This document shows positions 46,802-57,397 of a DNA stretch of 64,000 nucleotides, piece by piece; the first letter of the stretch is position 1; each line of letters starts with the position of its first letter. Made by a program: the position numbers and the translations under genes. This DNA is from a virus. The stretch spans positions 9,576 to 73,575 of the IMG/VR virus record IMGVR_UViG_3300025018_000143; one strand, given 5' to 3'. The notes beneath the pieces were generated by a model, which had not been told where the DNA came from, did not search any database, and was given only the letters and a program-made list of their open reading frames with translations.

Positions 46802-48488
46802 TGAAGAAAAACAAGCCCATGATAATCAGCAAGAATTATCGGAGATAGGCTACAGAGGGAATAAGAATTTAAGAAAATCCGGGCTTACCCAGAAGTGGAC
46901 AAAGAGACAATTAATTGAATGGAAAAAATGTCATGATGATCCAATATATTTTATTAAAAAATACGTAAAAATTGTTCATATTGATCATGGTATTGTGCCT
47001 TTTGAGTTATGGGATTTTCAAGAAAAATTAATAAATGATCTACATAATAATAGATTTGTTGTGGGATGTTGGAGCCGCCAATCTGGGAAGTCTTCAACCA
47101 TTGCAGCTTATATGCTTCATTATGTATTGTTCAATTCTAATAAAACCTGTGCTATACTTGCGAATAAAGCAGCAGGTGCCAGAGAGATACTTGGAAGAAT
47201 TCAGATGGCTTACGAATTATTGCCATTCTGGATGAAAATGGGCGTAGAAGATTGGAACAAAGGTAATTTCAATCTTGAAAATGGATCAAGTATTATTGCT
47301 TCAGCTACGTCCAGTTCAGCTATACGTGGTTTGTCAATATCATTTCTTCTACTGGATGAGTTTGCTTTCGTACCAAAAAACATAGCTGAGGATTTCTTTA
47401 GGTCAGTATATCCTACAATTTCATCTGGTAAAGAATCTAAAATAGCTGTTATTAGTACACCATATGGCATGAATCATTTTTACAAATTATGGAATGAAGC
47501 ATTAACAGGCGTTAATGGGTATGTATCTAACAGAGCATATTGGCATCAGGTTCCTGGTAGAGATGATGTATGGAAAGCAGAGACAATTAGAAATATTGGG
47601 TTAGAGGCATTTGATCAGGAATTTGCAATTGAATTCCTAGGATCCTCAGGGACTCTTATTTCTTCTGCTAAACTATCAGCAATGTCCTATAGGACACCTA
47701 TATTACAAAATGATGATGGATTCAAGATGTATTATGCTCCTAAACCAGACCATGCTTATATCATGACTGTTGATACTGCTGAAGGCTTAGGATTAGATAG
47801 CCATGCTATTAGTGTGTTTGATGTTACTGAAAAGCCATACCAACAAGTAGCAGTGTATAAGAATGCTTTTCTCGAACCATTATTACTTCCTGATATTTGT
47901 TTGAGTATTGCAATAAAATATAATGAGGCTTTTATAATGGTTGAATTGAATCACTTAGGCCCTCAAGTAGCGAATACATTATATCAGGATCTTGAGTATG
48001 AAAATATGATGTTTACAACTATAGGAGGCAGAAGTGGCCAAGTACTTGGTGGTGGCTTCGCCGGCAAAGCTCAAATTGGTGTTAAATCAACTACTCAATC
48101 AAAGAGAGTATCCTGCTCATTAACAAAAACATTAATTGAAAACGATCAATTAATAATAAATGACTTTGACACATATTCCGAATTTACTACATTTGCTAGA
48201 AATAAAAATTCATATGAGGCAGAGGAAGGAGCTAATGATGACCTTGTAACCACTGTTAGATTGTTTGCATGGATAACAGGTCAGAAATATTTTAAGGAGG
48301 ATTTAGAGCGAGATTTGAGGGATAATCTAAACCGACAATCAATTAATAGAATGGAAGAATTATTAGTTCCATTCGGCATAATTGATAATGGTATAGAAGC
48401 TGATGACATTCACACAAGAGCAGAACAGCATAAATATCAGGTTGATTATACAACCAGATATAGTGATATGTCTAATTTCAATGAATGA
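46794..48488 (+). CDS. gp17: terminase large subunit gp17
   Basis: RQSGKS Walker A, LLDEFAF Walker B, STPYG.NHFY, VD.AEG.G.D, DDLV. Confidence 0.97.
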   Translation: MDNEEKQAHDNQQELSEIGYRGNKNLRKSGLTQKWTKRQLIEWKKCHDDPIYFIKKYVKIVHIDHGIVPFELWDFQEKLINDLHNNRFVVGCWSRQSGKSSTIAAYMLHYVLFNSNKTCAILANKAAGAREILGRIQMAYELLPFWMKMGVEDWNKGNFNLENGSSIIASATSSSAIRGLSISFLLLDEFAFVPKNIAEDFFRSVYPTISSGKESKIAVISTPYGMNHFYKLWNEALTGVNGYVSNRAYWHQVPGRDDVWKAETIRNIGLEAFDQEFAIEFLGSSGTLISSAKLSAMSYRTPILQNDDGFKMYYAPKPDHAYIMTVDTAEGLGLDSHAISVFDVTEKPYQQVAVYKNAFLEPLLLPDICLSIAIKYNEAFIMVELNHLGPQVANTLYQDLEYENMMFTTIGGRSGQVLGGGFAGKAQIGVKSTTQSKRVSCSLTKTLIENDQLIINDFDTYSEFTTFARNKNSYEAEEGANDDLVTTVRLFAWITGQKYFKEDLERDLRDNLNRQSINRMEELLVPFGIIDNGIEADDIHTRAEQHKYQVDYTTRYSDMSNFNE

Positions 48489-48569
48489 TAAATAGTAATA
48501 AGATAAATAATAGTATCTAATTACAAAGAACACAATTACAAATAAATAATAAACCCAAAGGAGTATAAC

Positions 48570-50492
48570 ATGGGAATGTCTTTCCAGCTTAGTCCAGGTG
48601 TAGTAACCAGAGAATTTGATCTTACAACTATGGTGCCTCAGGTAGCAACATCTTCTGCTGCATACGTAGGTTCTTTTCAGTGGGGACCATTAGATCAAAT
48701 CAAGACTATTTCATCTGAAGAAATTCTTAACAATGTATTTGGTACACCTAATGATGATACCTTTTTGCATTATTTTTCAGTAAAGAATTTTTTAGATTAT
48801 TCAAATAATATTAAAGTTATTCGTGTAGCTGAAGCTACTGCATTAAATTCAACTGTTGATGGCACAGGAATTGTTGTCAAAAATGATGCTGATTGGGTGG
48901 ATAATCATTCTGCTGGCGTTAATGGTATTGGTGAGTTTGCTGGAAGATATCCAGGTATTATCGGTAATAATATAAAAATAGAAATGGCTGATGCTCATTC
49001 ATATAGCTCTGTTGTTTCTATTACAATTACTGACCCTGGTTCTGGATATACCACTGTTGCTGATGATGGGGTTGCTGTTATAATTGCTGACCCTGTATCA
49101 GGAACAACAGCTACCGGCACAATGATTGTTGCTGGCGATGTTCTTACTGGCGTATTACTAACAGAGACAGGAACAGGCTATAAATCAGCACCTGCAATAA
49201 CATTCCCAGTACCAGTTGGTGGTGGCGTTGCTGCAACAGGTACAACCAGTCTTTGGGCATATCGTGGTCAATTTCTTTCTCCTCCTGGTACCTCTGAATT
49301 TGTGGCTAATAAAGGCGGTACAAATGATGAGCTTCATATTATAGTAATTGATGCCACTGGCGCAATTACTGGCGATGTAGGTACTATTCTTGAGAGATAT
49401 CCTTTCTTGTCTAAAGCTAAGGATGCAAAAAATGATGATGGTACTAATGCTTACTATGTTGATACTATCAGGGATTCTTCCAATTATATTCACTGGATGG
49501 ATCATCCTATAATTGGCACTAATTGGGGTGAAAATTCAGCTGGTACTAATTTTGCATTAACCGAAGAAATTTATTCTGTAACTCTTTCTGGCGGTGTTGA
49601 TGGCAATGTTGTATCTAATGATGAATTGATATTAGGCTGGGCTATGTTCTTGAATGCTGAAGAAGTTGATGTAAGCATTCTCATTGCTGGCCCTGCTGAT
49701 GCGACTCTTGCTCAATATTTAATCCAGAATATAGCAGAAACAAGAATGGATTGTGTTGCAGTTATTTCTCCTCTATTTGTTGCTGCTGTAAGAAATGCTG
49801 GTAGTGAAATGGATGATATCATTAATATGAGAGATACAATGACTTCTAGTTCATATGGTATCTTTGATTGTAACTGGAAATATCAATTTGATTCTTATAA
49901 TAATACTTTTAGATGGCTCCCTTGTAATCCAGATGTTGCTGGTTTAATGGCAAGGACTGACCATACTAATGATCCTTGGTGGAGCCCTGCAGGATTTAAT
50001 CGAGGTCAAATTAAGAATGTTGTCAAATTAGCATGGAATCCTTCTAAAACTGAAAGGGATGAGTTGTATCAAAAAGGAATCAATCCTATTGTAGTAATTT
50101 CTGGCGAAGGCACTATTCTTTATGGCGATAAGACAATGCTCGCCAAGCCTTCTGCTTTTGATAGAATCAATGTAAGACGATTGTTTATTGTTCTTGAAAA
50201 GGCGATTGCTAAAGCGGCTAAGTATTCCTTATTCGAGTTTAATGATGCATTCACAAGAGCAAGATTTGTACAGATGGTTGAACCTTATCTTCGTGATGTA
50301 CAAGGACGAAGAGGTATTACTGATTTCAAAGTTGTGTGTGATACGACAAATAATACTGGTTATGTTATTGATTCTAATGCATTTGTTGGGGATATATACA
50401 TCCAACCAGCAAGAAGTATCAATTTCATTACATTGAATTTCATTGCCACTCCCACTGGAGTGGACTTTGAAGAGGTTATTGGAACTTTCTAA
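48570..50492 (+). CDS. gp18: tail sheath gp18
   Basis: SPGV..RE.DLT, F.WGP, PW.SPAG.NRG, FDRINVRRLF, P.RSINFI.LNF.A. Confidence 0.97.
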   Translation: MGMSFQLSPGVVTREFDLTTMVPQVATSSAAYVGSFQWGPLDQIKTISSEEILNNVFGTPNDDTFLHYFSVKNFLDYSNNIKVIRVAEATALNSTVDGTGIVVKNDADWVDNHSAGVNGIGEFAGRYPGIIGNNIKIEMADAHSYSSVVSITITDPGSGYTTVADDGVAVIIADPVSGTTATGTMIVAGDVLTGVLLTETGTGYKSAPAITFPVPVGGGVAATGTTSLWAYRGQFLSPPGTSEFVANKGGTNDELHIIVIDATGAITGDVGTILERYPFLSKAKDAKNDDGTNAYYVDTIRDSSNYIHWMDHPIIGTNWGENSAGTNFALTEEIYSVTLSGGVDGNVVSNDELILGWAMFLNAEEVDVSILIAGPADATLAQYLIQNIAETRMDCVAVISPLFVAAVRNAGSEMDDIINMRDTMTSSSYGIFDCNWKYQFDSYNNTFRWLPCNPDVAGLMARTDHTNDPWWSPAGFNRGQIKNVVKLAWNPSKTERDELYQKGINPIVVISGEGTILYGDKTMLAKPSAFDRINVRRLFIVLEKAIAKAAKYSLFEFNDAFTRARFVQMVEPYLRDVQGRRGITDFKVVCDTTNNTGYVIDSNAFVGDIYIQPARSINFITLNFIATPTGVDFEEVIGTF

Positions 50493-50500
50493 AATAATCC

Positions 50501-50640
50501 TTGCAAATCTTGAGGATTGATGTTATAATGATTTAATAGTATAAGAAGAGGATAGGGTCTGCAGCCTGAAAGCAAGAAAACCTATCTTGTTTCCTCTTCT
50601 GTTTTTAATTAATAGGTGATTCTTAAAGGTAAAGATAATG
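50501..50640 (+). promoter_or_regulatory. sigma70-type promoter plus structured 5' leader of an endonuclease gene
   Basis: TTGCAA-N17-TATAAT (50501-50529); AGAAGAGGA/TCCTCTTCT stem 50544-50600. Confidence 0.65.
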
Positions 50641-52272
50641 ACTAGAGAAGAAGCTAGAATTTGGATATTGAATAATTGTTTCACAAAAAAAGGAGATAAA
50701 TTGTCTCCTTGTTATTGTAGGGTGGAATATTTAGCAGCAAAAAATAAAGATGTATATGAAATTTTATTAAAAAAAACGAATCCAATATATTGTGATTCAA
50801 TATCCAAAATGATACAATTATTTTTGGATGACAAATACCAATGTGAATGTATTTCCTGTGGTAAAATACTTAAAAAATTAAATCTTTTTTGTGATGCAAA
50901 ATGTCAAAATAAATCTGGTTTATATGAAAATTTTAAGAATTCTCACAGCCCAGAAGCTAATAGGAAACGAAAGAAAACTAATATAGAAAAATTTGGTAAT
51001 GAATATGCTGTAGCTTCAGAAACAGTAAAGAAAAAAATTAAAACTGTTTGTAGAGAAAAATACAATGCTGATAGTTATTTTGGGTCTGATGAAGGTCAAC
51101 AAAAAATAAATGAAACACAAATTAAATTATATGGCGCTGTTGGATTAAAATCAAAATTCATACTAAACAAGACACAAGAAAAACAGAAAGTTTTATATGG
51201 TGGAGTTGGCTTAAAATCAAACTCTATATTATTAAAGGCTCATAAAGAAAAAAATAAATTAAATCCTTTTGGTGTGATTGATAAAAATTCTTTACGTGAA
51301 TCTGTAAAGGAAAATGGTGTTTATCGATTATCATTGATTAACAATTGTGATGATAGCACAATTTATAAAGCTATTCATCGTTGTGGATTAAATAAAGAAT
51401 TATTAAGGAAGCAATCATCCATCTTCGAGGATGAAGTTTATAATTTTGTCCTTAAAAATTCAGCTTATAAAGTAATTAAAAATGATAGGAATGTGATTAA
51501 ACCTTATGAGATGGATATCTTAATTCCTGAATATAATATTGGATTTGAATGTAATGGTCTTTTTTGGCATTCAGAAAAATATAAAGATAATAATTATCAT
51601 TATATCAAATCCGAACAATCTAGGGCTAATGGAATTAAATTAATTCATATATGGGAAGATGATTGGAATTATTCTAAAGATATTATCAAACATAAAATTT
51701 TACATCATTTGAATAAAAATGATAAAGTATACGCTAGAAAAACTATTCCAGGGTTTGTTGGCAAAATAGAAGCTAAGGATTTTTTAATTAAATACCATAT
51801 ACAAGGCAATGGTAATTCATCAATAGCAACTGGTTTGTATTATGATGATGTATTAATTTCATTGATGACCTTTAAGAGGCATAAAAATAATGAATACACA
51901 TTGGATAGGTTTTGTTCTAGTTGTGATGTAATTGGTGGGTTCTCTAAACTCCTCAAATACACTATTAATGAATACAAGATTGGTGTAATACATACCTTCC
52001 ATGATATATCATACAATGGAATGGGCAATAATGTTTATAATAAATCTGGGTTTGAATTTGATTATCTCATTAAACCAGATTATAAATACTTGTATAATAA
52101 TAAAAGAATACACAAATTTAATTTTAGACATAAAAATTTAAAGAGAATTCTTAATAATTATAATGAAAATGAATCCGAACATACTAATTGTTATAATCAC
52201 AAAATATATAAGGTGTATGATGCTGGTAAACAAAAATATAAAATGATTATAAAGGAAAATCTAAATGCCTAA
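50638..52272 (+). CDS. Hef-like free-standing homing endonuclease
   Basis: KYG/LYG repeats; DILIP..NIGFECNG.FWHS, LIHIWEDDW, YARK, RFC...VIGGFSKL, YDAGK. Confidence 0.8.
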   Translation: MTREEARIWILNNCFTKKGDKLSPCYCRVEYLAAKNKDVYEILLKKTNPIYCDSISKMIQLFLDDKYQCECISCGKILKKLNLFCDAKCQNKSGLYENFKNSHSPEANRKRKKTNIEKFGNEYAVASETVKKKIKTVCREKYNADSYFGSDEGQQKINETQIKLYGAVGLKSKFILNKTQEKQKVLYGGVGLKSNSILLKAHKEKNKLNPFGVIDKNSLRESVKENGVYRLSLINNCDDSTIYKAIHRCGLNKELLRKQSSIFEDEVYNFVLKNSAYKVIKNDRNVIKPYEMDILIPEYNIGFECNGLFWHSEKYKDNNYHYIKSEQSRANGIKLIHIWEDDWNYSKDIIKHKILHHLNKNDKVYARKTIPGFVGKIEAKDFLIKYHIQGNGNSSIATGLYYDDVLISLMTFKRHKNNEYTLDRFCSSCDVIGGFSKLLKYTINEYKIGVIHTFHDISYNGMGNNVYNKSGFEFDYLIKPDYKYLYNNKRIHKFNFRHKNLKRILNNYNENESEHTNCYNHKIYKVYDAGKQKYKMIIKENLNA

Positions 52273-52984
52273 TGCTATAATAAAATCATTTGCTAAAAAG
52301 GCTGGTAAGTCAACTAGGGAAGTTGAAAAGCTTTGGGATAAAGCTAAATCTGCTGCTTATTCTGCTGGGAAGAAACCTGATGATCCTTCATTTTTTGCTT
52401 ATGTTACTGGTACATTAAAAAATATGTTAGACATAAAGGAAAATAAATTGATTAGATTCAAGGATTATATAATTGAGGAAGATGATAGAGAAGAGTATGG
52501 TATACTGCTTGTTAGATTAGACCAATTGGTCAAGGATAAAATACTTGAATTTGCTTTAAGAATACCTCAGGAAGAATTATATGTTGCTGAGGATGAAGGT
52601 TATGGTATTGAGTATGATACTCATATTACATTACGATACGGGACTAAAATAACAGATCCTTCTAAATTGGATGATATATCAACTTTCTTACCTATTACAG
52701 GGAAATTAAGCACTACTTCTTTTTTTAGCTTACCTGAATATGATGTTCTTAAGATTGGTGTGTCAAGCAAATCTTTAGAAATAGCAAACAAAGCTGCAGG
52801 AGAAATGATATCTTTCCCGGGAGAAACCTTTCCTGAGTATAAACCTCATTGTACAATGGCATATCTAAAAAAGGGATTCATTGGTAAATATATCAATGAT
52901 TCTATATTTGAGGATGTTAAATTTGATATTAATGAAATATATTTTATCGATCATATGGATAACGAATATGTAATTTCATACTAG
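52265..52984 (+). CDS. 2H phosphoesterase (gp57B/Acb1-like) with an extra N-terminal domain
   Basis: Two HxT motifs: THITLRYG and YKPHCTMAY. Confidence 0.75.
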   Translation: MPNAIIKSFAKKAGKSTREVEKLWDKAKSAAYSAGKKPDDPSFFAYVTGTLKNMLDIKENKLIRFKDYIIEEDDREEYGILLVRLDQLVKDKILEFALRIPQEELYVAEDEGYGIEYDTHITLRYGTKITDPSKLDDISTFLPITGKLSTTSFFSLPEYDVLKIGVSSKSLEIANKAAGEMISFPGETFPEYKPHCTMAYLKKGFIGKYINDSIFEDVKFDINEIYFIDHMDNEYVISY

Positions 52985-53053
52985 ATAAATAAACAAGTAA
53001 GCAAAAGAAGTATACAAGTAAATAATAATTAAACATTTTAATAGGAGTATAAC

Positions 53054-53566
53054 ATGGCCGAATTATCGATTTCAGCTTTTAAGGGGCAATTTGCCTCAGG
53101 CGCAAGACCTAATCTATATACTGTTACAATAGCTGAATTAGGCTCAGGCGTGGAATTTCTTTGTAAGGCAACATCTTTGCCTTCAAGCACAATGGGACAA
53201 ATTGATGTTCCTTATAAAGGCCGTCAATTAAAAGTCGCTGGTAATAGAACATATGCAGATTGGGTTGTTACTATTCTCAACGACACAAATTTTAATATCA
53301 GGCGAGCAGCTGAATTTTGGCAGCAGCAAATTAATGGCGCAGCCTCTAATATTGGAGCAACTAGTGTTTCTGATTACATGAGAGATGCTGTTGTCCAACA
53401 ATTAGATCAAGCTGGTTCTGTTCTGTATACATACATGTTTAAGGATATTTGGCCTACAGAGATTGGCGAAATTGAGCTGGCGTATGATACGAATGATACT
53501 ATTGAAGAATTTACTATTACATTTGCTATTGGTTCTTATTTTCAGTCTGATGGCGCCTCTCTTTAA
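53054..53566 (+). CDS. gp19: tail tube gp19
   Basis: GARPNL, FLCKA..LP.S, GR.LK.AG.RT..DW..T..ND..F.IR, D..EEF..TF. Confidence 0.96.
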   Translation: MAELSISAFKGQFASGARPNLYTVTIAELGSGVEFLCKATSLPSSTMGQIDVPYKGRQLKVAGNRTYADWVVTILNDTNFNIRRAAEFWQQQINGAASNIGATSVSDYMRDAVVQQLDQAGSVLYTYMFKDIWPTEIGEIELAYDTNDTIEEFTITFAIGSYFQSDGASL

Positions 53567-53578
53567 TATTGAACAAAT

Positions 53579-53603
53579 CAAAGATGGCTTAATGCCATCT
53601 TTG
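53579..53603. terminator. hairpin after gp19
   Basis: CAAAGATGGC-TTAAT-GCCATCTTTG. Confidence 0.55.
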
Positions 53604-53621
53604 AACTAATGGAAGGGATTA

Positions 53622-55223
53622 ATGGCTATTAATATATTTGGCATCACCATAGGGAAAGAAGAAAAACAATCACCAACAATTGTTTATGATAAAACTCCTG
53701 ACGGCGCCACAGAAATTGTTGATTATGGTGGAATTTATTTTGATGGATATGATGACATTGTACGTAATATTAAAGATGAAAAGGAATTAATAACATTATA
53801 CCGTGCTCTTGCTAATGTTCCGGAGGTGGATCAAGCAATAGTTGAGATTATAAATGATGGTATTGTATATCCAAAAGCTGATATATATCCTGTCAAATTA
53901 AATCTTGATGAAATGGATATTTCTGATGGCATAAAAAATAAGATGATTGAATGTTTTGATGAGGTTTTACAAAAGCTCAAATTTGAACAAAGAGCTGATG
54001 ACCTTTTCAGAAACTGGTATATTGATGGAAGATTACCAGTGTATATTCATCTTGACAAAAATAAAATGAATAAAGGTATTGATAAATTAATATATGTTGA
54101 TCCTTTACAAGTGAGAAAGATTAGAGAAGTAAAAAAGGCGATGGATGACAATGTTGAGAAAATTGTCGAAATTCAGGAATATTACATTTATATGCCTGAT
54201 ACAAATACGCCTATAGAATTTTCCAACATGTCTGTTGATCAATACAACGTTGGCGGAGCAGCAACAAAAGGGATAAAATTTTCTAAGGATTCTTTTGTAT
54301 ATGCTACCAGTGGGCAAATGGATGCCCAAAGAAAATTTGTAGTATCACATCTACACAAGGCAATAAAACCATCTAATCAATTGGAGCAGATTGAGGACTC
54401 AATTGTAATTTACCGTCTATCAAGAGCACCTGAAAGAAGAGTATTTTATGTTGATGTTGGTAGTTTACCTAAACAAAAAGCAGAGCAATATTTGGCTAGC
54501 TTGATGAATAAATTTAGGAACAAACTGTCATACAATTCTAATACTGGTAAAGTTGCTAATCAAACACATCAAAAAAGTATCCTTGAAGATTTCTGGCTGC
54601 CAAGAAGAGAAGGTGGCAAAGGCACTGAAATATCTACATTAGGTGGTGGAGACGGATTTACTGGCGTAATTGATGAGACAAAATATTTTAAGGATAAATT
54701 ATATAAAGCATTGAATGTGCCTGTAGGTCGTATTGATACAGAAAGCACTTTTGTTTTTGGAAATCAAGGTGAAATTACAAGAGATGAAGTTAAATTCTCA
54801 AAATTCATAAATACTCTTAGAAATACTTTTGCTCATGGTTTGTTTGATCAATTACTAAAGACTCAATTAATTCTTAAAAGAGTTATGAAGTCTGAAGAAT
54901 TTACTTCTATAGCTGACAGTCTTTTCTATTCATGGGAAGATGACTCACATTTTGCTGAAATGAAAGCTCTTGAAGTGACTCAGAAAAGAATGGAAGTCCT
55001 AGCATTACAAAATGATTATACTGATATTTATTTTTCAAGAGATTGGACTAGAAAACATATTTTATTCCAGACTGATGAAGAAATTGAAGAGCTGAAAAAA
55101 CAAAGAGAATTAGAAAAAGATACGGAGCCTCCAATGCCTGATTCTGATGGCAGTATGCCTTTTGGACAATCTGATGGTGAACCAGAATCAAAGCTAGACG
55201 CGAAGCCAAAAGAGAAGGAATAG
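53622..55223 (+). CDS. gp20: portal protein gp20
   Basis: WYIDGR, SHLHKAIK..NQL..IED..VIYRL.RAPERRVFYVDVG.LPK.KAEQY, EDFWLPRREGGKGTEI.TL. Confidence 0.98.
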   Translation: MAINIFGITIGKEEKQSPTIVYDKTPDGATEIVDYGGIYFDGYDDIVRNIKDEKELITLYRALANVPEVDQAIVEIINDGIVYPKADIYPVKLNLDEMDISDGIKNKMIECFDEVLQKLKFEQRADDLFRNWYIDGRLPVYIHLDKNKMNKGIDKLIYVDPLQVRKIREVKKAMDDNVEKIVEIQEYYIYMPDTNTPIEFSNMSVDQYNVGGAATKGIKFSKDSFVYATSGQMDAQRKFVVSHLHKAIKPSNQLEQIEDSIVIYRLSRAPERRVFYVDVGSLPKQKAEQYLASLMNKFRNKLSYNSNTGKVANQTHQKSILEDFWLPRREGGKGTEISTLGGGDGFTGVIDETKYFKDKLYKALNVPVGRIDTESTFVFGNQGEITRDEVKFSKFINTLRNTFAHGLFDQLLKTQLILKRVMKSEEFTSIADSLFYSWEDDSHFAEMKALEVTQKRMEVLALQNDYTDIYFSRDWTRKHILFQTDEEIEELKKQRELEKDTEPPMPDSDGSMPFGQSDGEPESKLDAKPKEKE

Positions 55224-55267
55224 CCTAAAGAAGAGCCAAAAACATCAATTAAGACAACGGAGAAATA

Positions 55268-55426
55268 ATGAACCCATTAGCAATTCTACATCAAGCAATG
55301 AACAAACAATCAGCTGGCGTATCATCTGCGTTTAAACTCGCTATCAAACCTTCTATCAATAAAGTAATTGAAATCAAAAGAGCAGAGATGGGCTCTAATT
55401 TATTTAAGACAAAAAAATCCGCATGA
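55268..55426 (+). CDS. gp67-like prohead core protein (absent from ORF track)
   Basis: 52-aa ORF MNPLAILHQAMNK...; GGAG RBS; directly after the portal gene. Confidence 0.6.
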   Translation: MNPLAILHQAMNKQSAGVSSAFKLAIKPSINKVIEIKRAEMGSNLFKTKKSA

Positions 55427-55695
55427 GGACAAAAGTAGTAAATCTTAAAACTGGTGATAGGGTAATGTTATATTACAATGAGGATACTTCTTCATGGACA
55501 CAGTTTAAGAATGAAGCGCAGGATGTGTTTCATAAAAGGATTTTAAAGGGATCTGATAAAAAAGCCCACGTGATTAGAAGATATTATTCAAAGTCTACTG
55601 TAGAGCACACCAGACAAAAGATTCGGGAAATGGTCAATGAGAGTGATGAAAAAATGAATCTCCTTTATCAGACAATATTAACAATTAGAGGATAG
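55423..55695 (+). CDS. putative prohead core protein (gp68 position)
   Basis: Synteny only. Confidence 0.5.
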   Translation: MRTKVVNLKTGDRVMLYYNEDTSSWTQFKNEAQDVFHKRILKGSDKKAHVIRRYYSKSTVEHTRQKIREMVNESDEKMNLLYQTILTIRG

Positions 55696-55696
55696 A

Positions 55697-56389
55697 ATGT
55701 TAAATCTAATTTCAGAAGCCGCAGACTTTAATAATGTTTCTTTTATTGTAGAAGAAAAAGAAGGCAAAAAAGACCTTTTTATTGAAGGGATTTTTATGCA
55801 GGCTGAAAAGAAAAATCGCAATGGTAGAATTTACCCAAAAGCTATTCTTGAGAGAGAAGCTAATAAATTCCGAGATAATCATATCTTGGCGAGAACAGCA
55901 TTAGGCGAGTTGAATCATCCTGCAAGTCCTTCTATCAATCCTGAGAGAGCAAGTCATCTTATTGTTGATATGCATCTTGAAGGAAATGATTACGTAGGAA
56001 AAGCAAAAATTCTTAATACACCAATTGGTCAAATAGTTCGTGGTTTAATAGAAGATAATGTCCAATTAGGAGTATCATCCAGAGGTCTAGGGTCACTTAA
56101 AGAAGGAGTAGGTGATTATAGAGGAGCAAAAGTAATTCAACCTGATTATCGGTTAGTGACAGTTGATGTGGTTTCTGACCCATCAGCTCATGATGCATGG
56201 GTCAATGGAGTTTTCGAGTCTGTTAGTTATATAATTGAAAACGGTACTATTAAAGAATGTAATGTTAAAAAAGCATTGTCTGTTAGAGATAAAACCTTTA
56301 AGACTATGAATGAAAAATCAATATCTGAACTAGAGCAGAGCTATAGAATTAGAAACATGGTTGAATTTATAAGCAATCTAGGTAAATAA
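55697..56389 (+). CDS. gp21: prohead protease gp21
   Basis: IEGIFMQAE.KNRNGRIYP, ALGELNHP, GVSSRG.GSL, D.V.DPSA. Confidence 0.97.
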   Translation: MLNLISEAADFNNVSFIVEEKEGKKDLFIEGIFMQAEKKNRNGRIYPKAILEREANKFRDNHILARTALGELNHPASPSINPERASHLIVDMHLEGNDYVGKAKILNTPIGQIVRGLIEDNVQLGVSSRGLGSLKEGVGDYRGAKVIQPDYRLVTVDVVSDPSAHDAWVNGVFESVSYIIENGTIKECNVKKALSVRDKTFKTMNEKSISELEQSYRIRNMVEFISNLGK

Positions 56390-56410
56390 TCTGTAGTAAT
56401 TTTTCAATTG

Positions 56411-56418
56411 TATAAATA
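56411..56418 (+). promoter_or_regulatory. late promoter
   Basis: TATAAATA. Confidence 0.75.
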
Positions 56419-56457
56419 ATAGTAAATAAAAATTTAATGTTTAAAGGAGTATATAAA

Positions 56458-57357
56458 ATGTCATTGATTGATAAAATCAGAAAAGTTTTAGATGAAAAAA
56501 TTGAGGAACAAGAAAAAGATCTTACTGCGCCGATAGTTGAAGACCTGGATGAGAAAAAAGCTGATGGTGATGAGGAAGATGATGATATGAAGGATGATGA
56601 AAAAGAAGACGACATGGATGATGATGAAAAAGAAGATGACAAAGACAGCAAGAAAAAGAAACCTGCTGTTGATGTAAAGGAATCTCTTTCTAAAATTTTC
56701 GCCAAAGCAAAAATTGAAGAATCTATCGCTACTGAATTGGAAACTTTGTTTCAGGTTGCTGTTGATGAGAAAGTTTCTGAATTGTCCGAAAAATACGAGG
56801 CTTATGTTGCTCAAGAGCTTCAGGAGTCCATTAATGAGATGGAACAACGCATTGACAAATATCTTTCCTATACTGCTGCTGAGTGGATTAAAGAGAATGA
56901 GCTTGAAGTTGAATCTGGAATCAAAGTAGAAATCGCTGAAAATTTGATTTCTAATATGAAGACCATTTTCGAGGATAGTTATGTTGAAATCCCAGAATCC
57001 AAGATTGATCTTGTTAAAGAAGCTGAGGATACCATTGATAGCTTGTTAAGTACAATTGATGAGAGCAAAACACAAATTGACACTCTTCAAGAACAACTTA
57101 ATGACATCAAATCAAAGAAAATCGTAGATGAGCTGGCTTGTGAAATGACAGACACTCAAAAAGAAAAATTGAGTACTCTGATTGATAGTATTGAATACAA
57201 AAACGATTCTGATTATAAAGAAAAAGTTGGTGTTGTGATTGAAAGTTATTTCAATACCAAACAAGAAGATGACAAAAAAATTGATGAGGATGTTAAAAAA
57301 CCTGTACAGGATGATAGAATGTCAATGTACATTAAACACCTCAAGAAAAAAGATTAA
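56458..57357 (+). CDS. gp22: prohead scaffold gp22
   Basis: ATG 56458 after AAGGAG; YL.Y.A.EW..EN, F...Y.E.PE; acidic. Confidence 0.92.
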   Translation: MSLIDKIRKVLDEKIEEQEKDLTAPIVEDLDEKKADGDEEDDDMKDDEKEDDMDDDEKEDDKDSKKKKPAVDVKESLSKIFAKAKIEESIATELETLFQVAVDEKVSELSEKYEAYVAQELQESINEMEQRIDKYLSYTAAEWIKENELEVESGIKVEIAENLISNMKTIFEDSYVEIPESKIDLVKEAEDTIDSLLSTIDESKTQIDTLQEQLNDIKSKKIVDELACEMTDTQKEKLSTLIDSIEYKNDSDYKEKVGVVIESYFNTKQEDDKKIDEDVKKPVQDDRMSMYIKHLKKKD

Positions 57358-57397
57358 TCTTAGTAAATAATTATAAATGTAATTTAGGAGAAATAAA

